A stretch of DNA of 64,000 nucleotides from positions 480,001 to 544,000 of the forward strand of contig CAVXGR010000011.1 of NCBI GenBank assembly GCA_963761335.1. Direction: 5' to 3'. Made by a program: the position numbers and the translations under genes. This document shows, piece by piece, positions 46,828 through 56,861 of this stretch (position 1 is the first letter of the stretch; each line of letters begins with the position of its first letter). The stretch is from an uncultured delta proteobacterium. Lineage in GTDB: Bacteria; Desulfobacterota; Binatia; HRBIN30; BPIQ01. The notes below the pieces were generated by a model. The model made no database searches. It was given only the letters and a program-made list of their open reading frames with translations, and had not been told where the DNA came from.

Positions 46828-48690
46828 GTGGCTGCACCGCTGATCACTGCGGCAATTCTCGCCGGCTACGCCGTGAGTCTCTGGTGGCTGCTGCGCGGCG
46901 AGCCGCGCCCTGCTCTGCTGGCCCTCATCGTCATCTGCAGCCTCTCGCTGACTTTGCGCCTGGCGTTCACCGGCGACTACCCCGCCGGCCTGCACGACGA
47001 CGAGCCCAAGATCCTCGGCAGCGTCATCCCGCAGCTGCGTCGCAGCGAGCTGTTCGCCGAGGACTCCACCGGCCTGCCGGTGCTGATGACCGCCATCTTC
47101 CAGGCGCAGCTGGTACCCCTCCTCGGGCCCGGGCGATGGGCGATCCGCACCTACTCCTTGGTCACCGGCGTGCTCGCCAGCCCGGTGGCCTATGCCGCTG
47201 CCCGCGGCATCGGCCTGACCGTCGGCTCGAGCCTCGCCGCCGGAGCCTTCCTCGCCGTGCTCCCCTGGTCGATCTTCTGGGGCCGCGTCTCCATGGGCGG
47301 GGAGCTGCCCTTTCATCAGCTGCTGCTGATCGCGGCGCTGGCGCGCTTGATCTGGCGCCGCGGCCGCTTCGCCGAGGTCGGCGTGGGCGGCCTCGGGCTG
47401 GCGGGCCTGCTCTACGACTATCTCGCCGGCCGCGTCATGCTCGGTCTGCCGATCCTGGCGGCGGGGCTCGCCAGCGGCTGGCGGCGGCGCCTCCTCTGCC
47501 TCGCGGTTCTGCTGCTGGCACTCGCCGCTTGGTATCCGTACATCGGCTCGGGGCCGCGGCACGGCATCCACAGCGGCACGGATCTGATCGACCCGGGGTA
47601 CGCGCAGCGGCCCGTGGCCACGGTGCTGGCCAAGCTCGGCGGCGTCGCTGCGGCGCTGGTCTCACCGGCAGCCACCCACGGAGCCCTGACGATCGCCTCC
47701 GGGGCCATGCATCCGCCGCTGATCCTGGCGCTGGCGCTGATCGGCTCGCTCTATCCGTTTCGCCGCGCCCTCTTCCTCTGGGGCGGCTTTCTCGGCGGCC
47801 TGGTGCCGACGCTGCTGAGTGTCGGTGTGTCGGTGAGCTCACACCGCATGATCATGGCCTATCCGTTTCTGCTGCTCGCCGCCGCCAGCTCCTTCGATCT
47901 GTTGCGGGTCGCGCGGCTGCGCCACCTCGCCACCGCCGCCGCGGTGCTGGTGATCGCCGTGCAGAGTATCGGGCTCTACTTCTCTCCGGCCTTCTGGCCG
48001 GTCGAGGATCGCTGGTCGTTCAACGCCGACCGCACCGCCCTGATCGAGTCGCTGCCGATGCCGCCGCACCCGCCGATCTACATCGGGCCCAACTTCGGAT
48101 CCTTCTTCAAGCCCCGCCTGGAGGTGGACGGCGGCATACGCCTTCTGTCGGTCGACAACTGGTTCCCTCCCGACAACACCCCCACCACCTTCGCCTTCAG
48201 CGTGCTGGCGGCGCCGCTGCGCCCCTTCTACTCCGACCTGCTCGGCACGCAGCGCATCCAGACCTTCGGGGGAGAGTTCCTGGTCCACTTCGAGAGCCGC
48301 GACTGGTCGTGGATGCGCGGCCACGGCTGGACGTACGAGGTCACCTGCGGCATCGAGACCCGGCGCACGCAGATCCCCGTCATGTACCACGCGGCGCTGA
48401 CCTTCACCGGCATGTTCTGCCCGCAGCTCTCACGGCACACCTGGCGCGGACAGTGGCATGGACCGGCGGAGACGGTGCGCCTGCGCTTCAATGGCCACGC
48501 CTCGGTCGCCGTTGACGGGCGTCCGCTCGCCGACGGCCAGGGACGGGAGCAGAAGCTCGACTTCGAGGTCACCCCGGGCGCCCAGATGGAGATCCAGGTC
48601 GACACCATCGGCAATCTCTGGGCCGCCATGATGGAGCTGACGCCGGTCGCCGAGCATCTCCCGGCGTGGGACCTGGTGACGCCGGGGTGA
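46828..48690 (+). CDS. GT-C-like (PMT/ArnT-related) membrane protein with soluble C-terminal beta domain
   Basis: YPAGLHDDE loop after early TMs, WAIR, LAVLPWSIFWGR, many TMs, possible degenerate PA14-like tail. Confidence 0.68.
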   Translation: MAAPLITAAILAGYAVSLWWLLRGEPRPALLALIVICSLSLTLRLAFTGDYPAGLHDDEPKILGSVIPQLRRSELFAEDSTGLPVLMTAIFQAQLVPLLGPGRWAIRTYSLVTGVLASPVAYAAARGIGLTVGSSLAAGAFLAVLPWSIFWGRVSMGGELPFHQLLLIAALARLIWRRGRFAEVGVGGLGLAGLLYDYLAGRVMLGLPILAAGLASGWRRRLLCLAVLLLALAAWYPYIGSGPRHGIHSGTDLIDPGYAQRPVATVLAKLGGVAAALVSPAATHGALTIASGAMHPPLILALALIGSLYPFRRALFLWGGFLGGLVPTLLSVGVSVSSHRMIMAYPFLLLAAASSFDLLRVARLRHLATAAAVLVIAVQSIGLYFSPAFWPVEDRWSFNADRTALIESLPMPPHPPIYIGPNFGSFFKPRLEVDGGIRLLSVDNWFPPDNTPTTFAFSVLAAPLRPFYSDLLGTQRIQTFGGEFLVHFESRDWSWMRGHGWTYEVTCGIETRRTQIPVMYHAALTFTGMFCPQLSRHTWRGQWHGPAETVRLRFNGHASVAVDGRPLADGQGREQKLDFEVTPGAQMEIQVDTIGNLWAAMMELTPVAEHLPAWDLVTPG

Positions 48691-50008
48691 AGAAGAAGAA
48701 GAAGAGAATGTAAAATGGAGAACCGGTGACCGGGGATGGAGAACCGGTTATCGGTTAGCTCTACATTTTTCATCACCGTCGCCGATTGTTCGTTGCGTTC
48801 CTCCGGCGGCCGGGACGGCCGCGCTCCCAGGCGAGCGATCAGACTGGTAGAAGCGGCGTCCCGCCGCTTTCGGTGGCGGGCGGCCGGTCATTCGACATTC
48901 TCCGTCACCGGTCACCGGTTGTTCGTTGCGTTCCTCCGGCGGCCGGGACGGCCGCGCTCCCAGGCGAGCGATCAGACTGGTAGAAGCGGCGTCCCGCCGC
49001 TTTCGGTGGCGGGCGGCCGCTCATTCGACATTCTCCGTCACCGTCGCCGATTGTTCGCTGCGTTCCTCCGGCGGCCGGGACGGCCGCGCTCCCAGGCGAG
49101 CGATCAGACCAGTAGAAGCGGCGTCCCGCCGCTTTCGGTGGCGGGCGGCCGGTCATTCGACATTCTCCGTCACCGTCGCCGGTTGTTCGCTGCGTTCCTC
49201 CGGCGGCCGGGACGGCCGCGCTCCCAGGCGAGCGATCAGACCAGTAGAAGCGGCGTCCCGCCGCTTTCGGTGGCGGGCGGCCGGTCATTCGACATTCTCC
49301 GTCACCGTCGCCGGTTGTTCGCTGCGTTCCTCCGGCGGCCGGGACGGCCGCGCTCCCAGGCGAGCGATCAGACCAGTAGAAGCGGCGTCCCGCCGCTTTC
49401 GGTGGCGGGCGGCCGGTCATTCGACATTCTCCGTCACCGGTCACCGGTTGTTCGTTGCGTTCCTCCGGCGGCCGGGACGGCCGCGCTCGCAGGCGAGCGA
49501 TCAGACCAGTAGAAGCGGCGTCCCGCCGCTTTCGGTGGCGGGCGGCCGGTCATTCGACATTCTCCGTCACCGGTCACCGGTTGTTCGCTGCGTTCCTCCG
49601 GCGGCCGGGACGGCCGCGCTCCCAGGCGAGCGATCAGACCAGTAGAAGCGGCGTCCCGCCGCTTTCGGTGGCGGGCGGCCGGTCATTCGACATTCTCCGT
49701 CACCGTCGCCGGTTGTTCGTTGTGTTCCTCCGGCGGCCGGGACGGCCGCGCTCCCAGGCGAGCGATCAGACCAGTAGAAGCGGCGTCCCGCCGCTTTCGG
49801 TGGCGGGCGGCCGGTCATTCTACATTCTCCGTCACCGTCGCCGATTGTTCGTTGTGTTCCTCCGGCGGCCGGGACGGCCGCGCTCCCAGGCGAGCGATCA
49901 GACTGGTAGAAGCGGCGTCCCGCCGCTTTCGGTGGCGGGCGGCGGGTCATTCTACATTCTCCGTCACCGGTCACCGGTTCTCCATTTTACATTCTCTTCT
50001 CTTCTTCT
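48691..50008. repeat. 9 x 132/133-bp tandem array inside an inverted-repeat element
   Basis: GTAGAAGCGGCGTCCCGCCGC at 48847, 48980, 49112, 49244, 49376, 49509, 49642, 49774, 49906. Confidence 0.95.
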
Positions 50009-52635
50009 CCCGTCTTCTCCGCCAGCCAGCGGTTCAACCCGCGCGCCGCCCGGCGGCGGAACTCCTCGTTGAGATCGAAGCGCTCGAGCGCCTGCTTGAG
50101 GGCGCGCTTGGCGGTCGGCACCGGGTGGGCGCGGAAGAAGGCGGTCACCTCTTTCTTGTAGGCGCGTGTCTTCAGCGCCGGAGTGGAGTCCACGACCCGC
50201 GACACCATCATCGGCGGCAGGCGTTTGGAGATGTCCTTCCAGCGCCGCACGACGAACTGCCACGTCTGCTCGCGGGCGTTGCGATTGGCGAACAGGCGCA
50301 TGAGCAGAATGCCGACGTCCTGGGTGGCAACCGCGTCGGTGAGCGCCAGGGCGAGCGTGCGGCGCACCAGCGCCGGGCGGCGGAACTCGGCGAGCGCCAG
50401 CTGGAAGCGGCGGCGCTCCTGGGGCGTGCGAGCGGCGCGGGCGAGATCCTGAAAGCGCGTGTAGAGCGCCTCGTCGCCATGGCGGGCGGTGATGTTGACC
50501 AGCGAGTCGGCGAGGTTCGGCTCGATCGCGGTGCGCTCGCGGGCGTACTCCTCGAAGTGGGCGCGCGCCTCGGCCGCGACTCCGGGATCCTCGGCGATCT
50601 CGCCGACGATGCGCAGCAGCGCCGCGCGGCGCAGCCGGCGATCGTCGGACTCGCCGGCGGCGGCGCTCCAGCCGAGCTCGCTCCACGCCGGAGAGAACGC
50701 CGAGCCGACCCAGCGGTGAAAGCGCCGCCGGCCGCCGCCCTCGTCCTCGAGGAGCTGATCCTCGGTGAAGCCGAGCGGCGCCATGAGCGAGCCGAGGACG
50801 TCGAAGTCGGTTTCGCCGCGCAGCGCATCGGCGAGCGAGAGAAAGCTCTCGATCTTGCCGTGACCGGCGCGCAGCGCCGCCCACTGATGGCCGATGAGGC
50901 CCATGCGCTCGACGGGCGTCAGCACCTCGGAGAGCGAGGCGGCGAGTGCCGCGAGCGTCTCCTCGTCGTGGAGCGGCCGGTAGAAGCCGCCCTCGGCGGC
51001 GTTGGCGTAGTACCAGGGAATCTTTCCGGCGCCGAGATCGAGCCGATCGCGGGAACGCGTCATCAGGTGGCGCAGCAGCTGCGGGGCGCGGCGTCCGGGA
51101 ACCTTGACGACCAGCGGGATCGGCCACGTCTGCGGCGTCGCCTTCGCCTTGCTGCTCGCGAAGAAGCGCTGCTGGCGCATGGCGAGCGCGGTGCGCCCGC
51201 CGCGCGAAGTGCGGCTCACCTCCAGCAGCGGAAACCCCGGCTGCTCGATCCAGTCGCGCACGATGCGCGTCACCTTCTGCCGCGACGCTTCCTCGAGTGC
51301 CCGCCACAGATCGGCGGCCTCGGCGTTGCCCTCGCGGTGGCGGCGAATGTACTTGCGCACGCCATTGCGAAAGGCATTTGCCCCCAGGTAGTTCTCCACC
51401 ATGCGCACCACCGAGGCACCCTTCTCGTAGGTGATGGCGTCGAAGTTCTCGGTGGCCTGCGCGGGGTTGTCAACCTCCGCATAAATCGGGTGCGTGTTGT
51501 TGAGGGCGTCGAGAGCGAGCGCGGCGGCGCGGTGATGTTCGAAATTGTTCCACATGCGCCATTCTGGGTGCCACTCGTCGATCACGCGAAAAGCCATCCA
51601 GGTGGCGAACGCCTCGTTGAGCCAGAGATCGTTCCACCACTTCATGGTCACCAGGTCGCCGTACCACATGTGCGCCAGCTCATGCGCAATCACCTCGGCG
51701 ACGCGCTTGCGCTCGGGCAGCGTGATGGTGGCCGGATCGACGAGCAGCAGGGTCTCGCGAAAGAACACCGCCCCGGCATTCTCCATGGCACCTGCTTCGA
51801 AGTCCGGCACCGCGACCAGGTCGAGCTTCTCGTACGGATACGGCAGGCCGAAGTATTTCTCCAGACGCGACAGCGACTCGGCCGCGGCCTCGAGGGCGAA
51901 ATCGGCGAGATCGCCTTTCCCGGGGACGAACCAGACCCGCACTGGCGTGCGCCCGACGCGCTTCTCGGCGGAGCACTCCAGCTGACCGACGGCGAGAGCG
52001 CAGAGATACGTGGAGAGCGGCGGCGTCGACTTGAAGTGAACCGTCTTGCGGCCGTCGCCGTGCTCCTCGAGGCGCTCGATCGGGCTGTTCGAGACGACCG
52101 CATGCGCGGCGCTGGTGGTGACCGAGAAGACGAAGCGCGCCTTGAAGCTGGGCTCGTCGAAGCACGGGAAGAAGCGCCGGGCGTCGGCGGCCTCGAGCTG
52201 GGTGAAGCCGTAGCGCCGCCCATCGCTCTCGGCGCCGTAGAAGCCCCGCAGGCTGGTCTGCAAGCGGCCGCTGAACTCGAGCGTCAGGCGCGACTTGCCA
52301 GGCGGAATTGCCTGCGGGAAGCGCAGCTCGACGGTCTCGCGCGCCGGGTGCAGGGCGACCTCGGCCGTCTGCGCGGCGCGGCCGGCAGTCGCGCCGGCGG
52401 CGGTGATCTGCATGTCGGCGGCGTGCAGCTCGATGCGCTCCGCCGCCTTCGAGAGGGTCAGCTCGATGTCGACGCGGCCGCGATAGGTGCCGGCGTCCAG
52501 ATCCGGCTCGATATGCACCCGGTAGCGTGCCGGTCGAATCTGCTCGGCGAGGCGAAAACGCTCATCGCTCGGGCGGGCCGCAGGTGCGGTTCTCTTGCGG
52601 GCGGGCTTTGACTTGCGTGCGCGGCTCTTTGGCAA
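49987..52635 (-). CDS. pepN: M1 family aminopeptidase with ERAP1-like C-terminal domain
   Basis: TQLEAADARRFFPCFDEP, GAMEN, HELAH..WLNEAFA, YEKGA; TTG start at 52635 with GGAGGAG RBS (listed start 52728 lies in a repeat). Confidence 0.93.
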   Translation of the reverse strand: MPKSRARKSKPARKRTAPAARPSDERFRLAEQIRPARYRVHIEPDLDAGTYRGRVDIELTLSKAAERIELHAADMQITAAGATAGRAAQTAEVALHPARETVELRFPQAIPPGKSRLTLEFSGRLQTSLRGFYGAESDGRRYGFTQLEAADARRFFPCFDEPSFKARFVFSVTTSAAHAVVSNSPIERLEEHGDGRKTVHFKSTPPLSTYLCALAVGQLECSAEKRVGRTPVRVWFVPGKGDLADFALEAAAESLSRLEKYFGLPYPYEKLDLVAVPDFEAGAMENAGAVFFRETLLLVDPATITLPERKRVAEVIAHELAHMWYGDLVTMKWWNDLWLNEAFATWMAFRVIDEWHPEWRMWNNFEHHRAAALALDALNNTHPIYAEVDNPAQATENFDAITYEKGASVVRMVENYLGANAFRNGVRKYIRRHREGNAEAADLWRALEEASRQKVTRIVRDWIEQPGFPLLEVSRTSRGGRTALAMRQQRFFASSKAKATPQTWPIPLVVKVPGRRAPQLLRHLMTRSRDRLDLGAGKIPWYYANAAEGGFYRPLHDEETLAALAASLSEVLTPVERMGLIGHQWAALRAGHGKIESFLSLADALRGETDFDVLGSLMAPLGFTEDQLLEDEGGGRRRFHRWVGSAFSPAWSELGWSAAAGESDDRRLRRAALLRIVGEIAEDPGVAAEARAHFEEYARERTAIEPNLADSLVNITARHGDEALYTRFQDLARAARTPQERRRFQLALAEFRRPALVRRTLALALTDAVATQDVGILLMRLFANRNAREQTWQFVVRRWKDISKRLPPMMVSRVVDSTPALKTRAYKKEVTAFFRAHPVPTAKRALKQALERFDLNEEFRRRAARGLNRWLAEKTGEEEKRM

Positions 52636-52868
52636 GGCGACTCCTCCGTTCGGCAGTGTCCCAGTTTGCCGGTCCGACTCTGCAACTATCTCCCGCCCGC
52701 CTCGCGCAAGGGTCTCCTCTCCCCGCATTCTTTTCGCGGGGAGAGGATCAAGGTGAGGGGCTTCTTCCTCACTGAAAGTTCACGATTTCCCCTCACCCTG
52801 ACCCTCTCCCGCCAAAGAGGGCGGGAGAGGGGACCTGTTGCCGGACCGGGAAACATTCACGAAAGCAC

Positions 52869-52903
52869 GAAGGCGGGGAGCCTTGCTGGCTACCCCGCCT
52901 TCT
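52869..52903 (-). terminator. Hairpin downstream of surface protein genes
   Basis: GAAGGCGGGG(T)AGCC-loop-GGCTCCCCGCCTTC with weak T tract. Confidence 0.45.
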
Positions 52904-52962
52904 GCGTCTGATCCGATTCGCGGCGGGCGGTGAGACGCCCCCGCGAATCGCTGTCGATTCGC

Positions 52963-54641
52963 TTACGGCCGCATCGAGCGCGCCGCCCGCGTCAGGGCCC
53001 AGAGCATCGCCAGGGCGAGGAACAGGATCATCAGCAGGCCGGCCGGCGAGGTCGGCGAGGCGACCACCGGAATCGGCGGGCGCGTCCGCGTCGGCGACGG
53101 CGTGAAGGTCTCCGTCGGCGTCACCGTCGGCGTCTCCGTCGGCGTCAAGGTCGGCGTCTGGGTCGGCGTCGTCGTCGGCGTGTTCGTCGGTGTGCGCGTC
53201 GGCGTCTCCGTCGGCGTGTTCGTCGGCGTCGTCCGTCGGCGTGTTGGTCGGCGTCTCCGTCGGCGTATTCGTCGGCGTATTCGTCGGCGTCACCGTCGGC
53301 GTGTTGGTCGGGGTGTTCGTCGGCGTGCTGGTCGGCGTCTCCGTCGGCGTATTCGTCGGCGTTTCCGTCGGCGTATTCGTCGGCGTTTCCGTCGGCGTGC
53401 TGGTCGGCGTCTCCGTCGGCGTGGCGGTCGGCGTGTTGGTCGGCGTGCTCGTCGGCGTCTCCGTCGGCGTCTCCGTCGGCGTGGCGGTCGGCGTGTTCGT
53501 CGGCGTTTCCGTCGGCGTGCTCGGTCGGCGTGTTCGTCCGTCGGCGTGTTCGGTCGGCGTGCTCGTCGGCGTGCTCGTCGGCGTCTCCGTCGGCGTGTTC
53601 GTCGGCGTATTGCCGTCGGCGTGGCCGTCGGTGTCTCGGTCGGCGTGTCCGTCGGCGTGCTCGTCGGCGTCTCGGTCGGCGTCTCCGTCGGCGTGCTGGT
53701 CGGCGTCGGCGTCAGCGTGAAGAAGATCTGGTTCTGCTGCGCCCCCTCAGTGGTCGTCTGCATCAGGCTGCCGTCTGCCGTGAACCCAGCCGCTGCAAAT
53801 CCAACGCTATTCGATCCGTCCTGCGTGGCCGTGAAGACGATGATCTGGCAGGTGGAGGTGCTGGAGCAGTTTCCCTGGAGGAGGAAGCCGTCCGGGCGGG
53901 CCGGCTGCGAGGTCGGATTGCCGACCCGGGTTCCGGAGGTGTCGTCGAAGGTGATCGACTGATTGGTCACCTCTCCCGTATTCGGATCGGAGAAGGTGTT
54001 GCCCACTCCACCGACCGGAAAGGCCATGGTGTTGCCGCTACAGGTCACCGGGTTGCCGAACATGGTGATGGTGCGGCGTGGTGCTCACGTCGACGGCGGC
54101 CGGAACGGCGCTGGGATTCGTGGCAGAATTGGGATCGGCCATGGACACCGGTACCAGATCCTCGGTCGAGAAGGCGGCGTTGGTGCTCACCGTCCGCGTG
54201 CCGGGGCCGGGCAGGGTGAAGACGCCGGAGCCGCCGGCGCCGGCCGGATTGAAGTTGGTGGAGCAGGAGACGGTGTTGGTGTTGAAGCCGGAGAGCACGG
54301 TTGTACGCATCCGGTTGGGCAGGAGCACGTTTGGGCCGGCGGAGAAAGCCGTCAGCACCGTGCCCGACGGACCGATCTCGGAGAGGCTGCACGTAGTGCC
54401 GGAATTCAGGGCAACGCTGGTCACCATCGTGCCGATCGAGCCCGGACCCGGTGGTGAGGATCATGTAGACGGTGTTGTTGTTGGACACGCAGCGCTCGAC
54501 GGTGAGCGCCCAGACCGAGGAGCTCACCAGAAGAGCGCAGCTGCCGATCGCGAGGGCGGCGATCCGGATCAATGAGGGTGCCGACTTTCGAGCCGGTGCT
54601 GCCGGGCAGGCTGCCCGGGCTTGGTCCACTCTCACACGCAT
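52963..54641 (-). CDS. Surface protein paralog 2: signal peptide, 6-Cys domain, (TPTx)n stalk, IPVV-type C-terminal sorting signal; frameshifted as assembled
   Basis: Joined from ORFs 54045..54704, 54038..54427, 53290..54063, 52793..53293 and 52963..53148; extra bases at about 54442, 54075 and within 53230-53615. Confidence 0.82.
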
Positions 54642-54704
54642 CTCTCCACCACCTTTCCTAACTGCTGGTGCAAGCTCGCTTCTCGGCCCTGTTGCAGACG
54701 ACAC

Positions 54705-56025
54705 TCAGCTCTTCGCTCCGAAGCGCGTAGCCCGGGACAGACCCCAGATCATCGCGGCAATCAGTCCCAGGATCATCAGGAGACCGGCCGGGGACGTCGG
54801 CGAGGAGACCACCGGAATCGGCGGCCGCGTGTTCGTCGGCGAAGCCGTCGGCGTGCGCGTCGGAGTGACCGTGGGGGTGATCGTCGGCGTCAGCGTCGGC
54901 GTGATCGTCGGCGTCTCTGTCGGCGTGATCGTCGGCGTCAGCGTCGGCGTGATCGTCGGCGTCTCCGTCGGCGTCAGTGTCGGGGTAATCGTCGGCGTCT
55001 CGGTCGGCGTGATCGTCGGCGTCTCCGTCGGCGTGATCGTCGGCGTCTCCGTCGGCGTCTGCCGTCGGCGTGATCGTCGGCGTCTCCGTCGGCGTCACCG
55101 TGTTGAAGATCTGATTCTGCTGCGCCCCCTCCGTGGTGTTCTGCATGAAGCTGCCGTCCGCCGTGAAGCCCGCGGCGGAGGTGCCAAAGCTGTTGGCGCC
55201 GTCCATGGTGGCGATGAATACGATCGTCTGGCAGGTGGCGGGGTTCGAGCAGTTGCCCTGCAGCAGGAAGCCGTCCGGGCGGCTCGGCTGCGAGGTCGGA
55301 TTGCCGATGCGGGTTCCGGAGGTGTCGTCGAGGGTGACCGACTGGTTGGCCACCTCACCGGTATTCGGATCCGAGAAGGTCGTACCCGACCCGCCGATCG
55401 GGAAAACCATGGCATTTCCGCTGCAGACAACGGGGTTGCCAGATTCCGTGATCGTGCGCGAGGTGAGAATATCCACCGCGGGTGGGACAGCGCTAGGATC
55501 GGTCGCGAAATTGGTGTCGCCCGTGGTCACCGGAACCAACGGCTCGGTGGTCGTGTTCGGGTCGGCGCTGACAATCTGAGTCCCACCTGGGAGCGTCAGG
55601 GCACCCTTTCCTCCAGCCGCGGTAGCATTGAAGTTCGTCGAGCAGGAGATCGTGTTGTCAGGCAGTCCCGAGATCACCTGGGTGCGCACCCGGTTCGGGA
55701 GGAGCGGCCCCGGACCGGCGGCAAAGGCCGTCAGCACCGTACCTGCTGGACCGATCTCCGAGAGGCTGCAGGGGCTACCGGCATTGAAGCCGACGCTGGT
55801 CACCATGGTGCCGATGTTGCCCGAGCCCGTGGTGATGATCATGTAGGCGTGGTTGTCCTGCGAAACGCAGCGCTCGACGGTGAGGGCGCTGGCGATGCCG
55901 CTCAAGCCGAGCGTCGCGGCGACGACGACGGCAGCGGCTCGGGAGAACAGGTGACTGTGCCCGCGAATCTTGCCAACGAGCGACTCAGCCTCGTACTGCG
56001 CGTATCGATTCATCTCTGCTCCCAC
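54705..56025 (-). CDS. Surface protein paralog 1: signal peptide, 6-Cys domain, (TPTx)n stalk, IPVV-type C-terminal sorting signal; one +1 frameshift
   Basis: Removing the extra g at 55061 gives ...[41 protein letters not shown] (stop 54705-54707); AAGGAGG RBS. Confidence 0.86.
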
Positions 56026-56091
56026 GAGCCCCTCCTTAACTCATCTTGTCCGCCACATGTTTGTGATCGCGGGCGGCAAACGACCGGCGTG

Positions 56092-56120
56092 TACCTATCG
56101 GAGAGGAGGCTCGCTGTCAA
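56092..56120 (-). promoter_or_regulatory. Candidate sigma-70 promoter for surface protein pair
   Basis: TTGACA-N17-TAGGTA; perfect -35, weak -10. Confidence 0.4.
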
Positions 56121-56861
56121 GTGAAAAGAAGCGGGGTCCCGCCGGCTTCCGCCCCGCTCAACGCCTGCAAAACCGCCGATCTACAAGCCGAATTGCGTTG
56201 CGGCGCCTCCGCGGGGGGTCGTCCAGGCACGCCGCCTCGAGATAACGATGTTTTGCGACCCCGCGGGACTCCCCCAGAGCCGTTCGGGCGCGGGTTCCCT
56301 CTCCCGCACTACTCGCGGGAGAGGGGTCAGGGTGAGGGCCACCGAGCTCCCTGGGCTGGGCAGCTCCCATCGGCTGCAGCCGATGGTCCGGCTTCGCCGG
56401 TCAATCTCGTTCCCCTCATCCTGACCTTCTCCCGTCCGGGAGAAGGAACCCATGGCCGCAGCGTCCTGACTTTACCCCTCTTGCGCGGGCGCGAGATCAC
56501 CTCGCGATGGAGCAGGCAATCTCGCGGGGTATCACACCCCTTCCGCCCGCGACATGTTGGCGGAGATCCCTGGCACGGCAAGTGGAATACCATCCGCCAG
56601 ACGACCTGCCGATTGGGGAAGCCCGCCATCGAAAGAGGCTTCCAGCAAATAATTATACTGGACAGACCGCATGTTACTTTGGTATAGCCGCGCCGCCGCG
56701 CAAGCCTTCAGTGGGGAGCGTTGCGCGGCGGTTTGCATCCGGCGACAGATCGCGTCACGGCATTCCCGGCCAAGGCGTCGAACTTTTGCCGGGGCGTATT
56801 CGCTGGGGCCGGCGGAGTGAACGATAAAGTGGCTGGCACGGCGGATGTAACCGGGATGGGC

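Noticed and set aside
48770..49980. CRISPR array or repeat-protein ORFs (48736..49512, 48926..49645 etc.)
   Set aside because: No unique spacers; units alternate between 132 and 133 bp and break the frame; translations are repeat-derived.
52963..53082. Canonical PEP-CTERM or LPXTG signal
   Set aside because: Neither motif is present; the motif is IPVV, closest to IPTL-type signals.
54658..55060. (DADDHA)n acidic metal-binding repeat tail
   Set aside because: Out-of-frame reading of the TPTx repeat after the extra base at 55061.
56030..56860. Riboswitch or ncRNA in the long divergent intergenic region
   Set aside because: No recognisable aptamer consensus by eye; much of the structure is a family B repeat. 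An Rfam cmscan would settle it.
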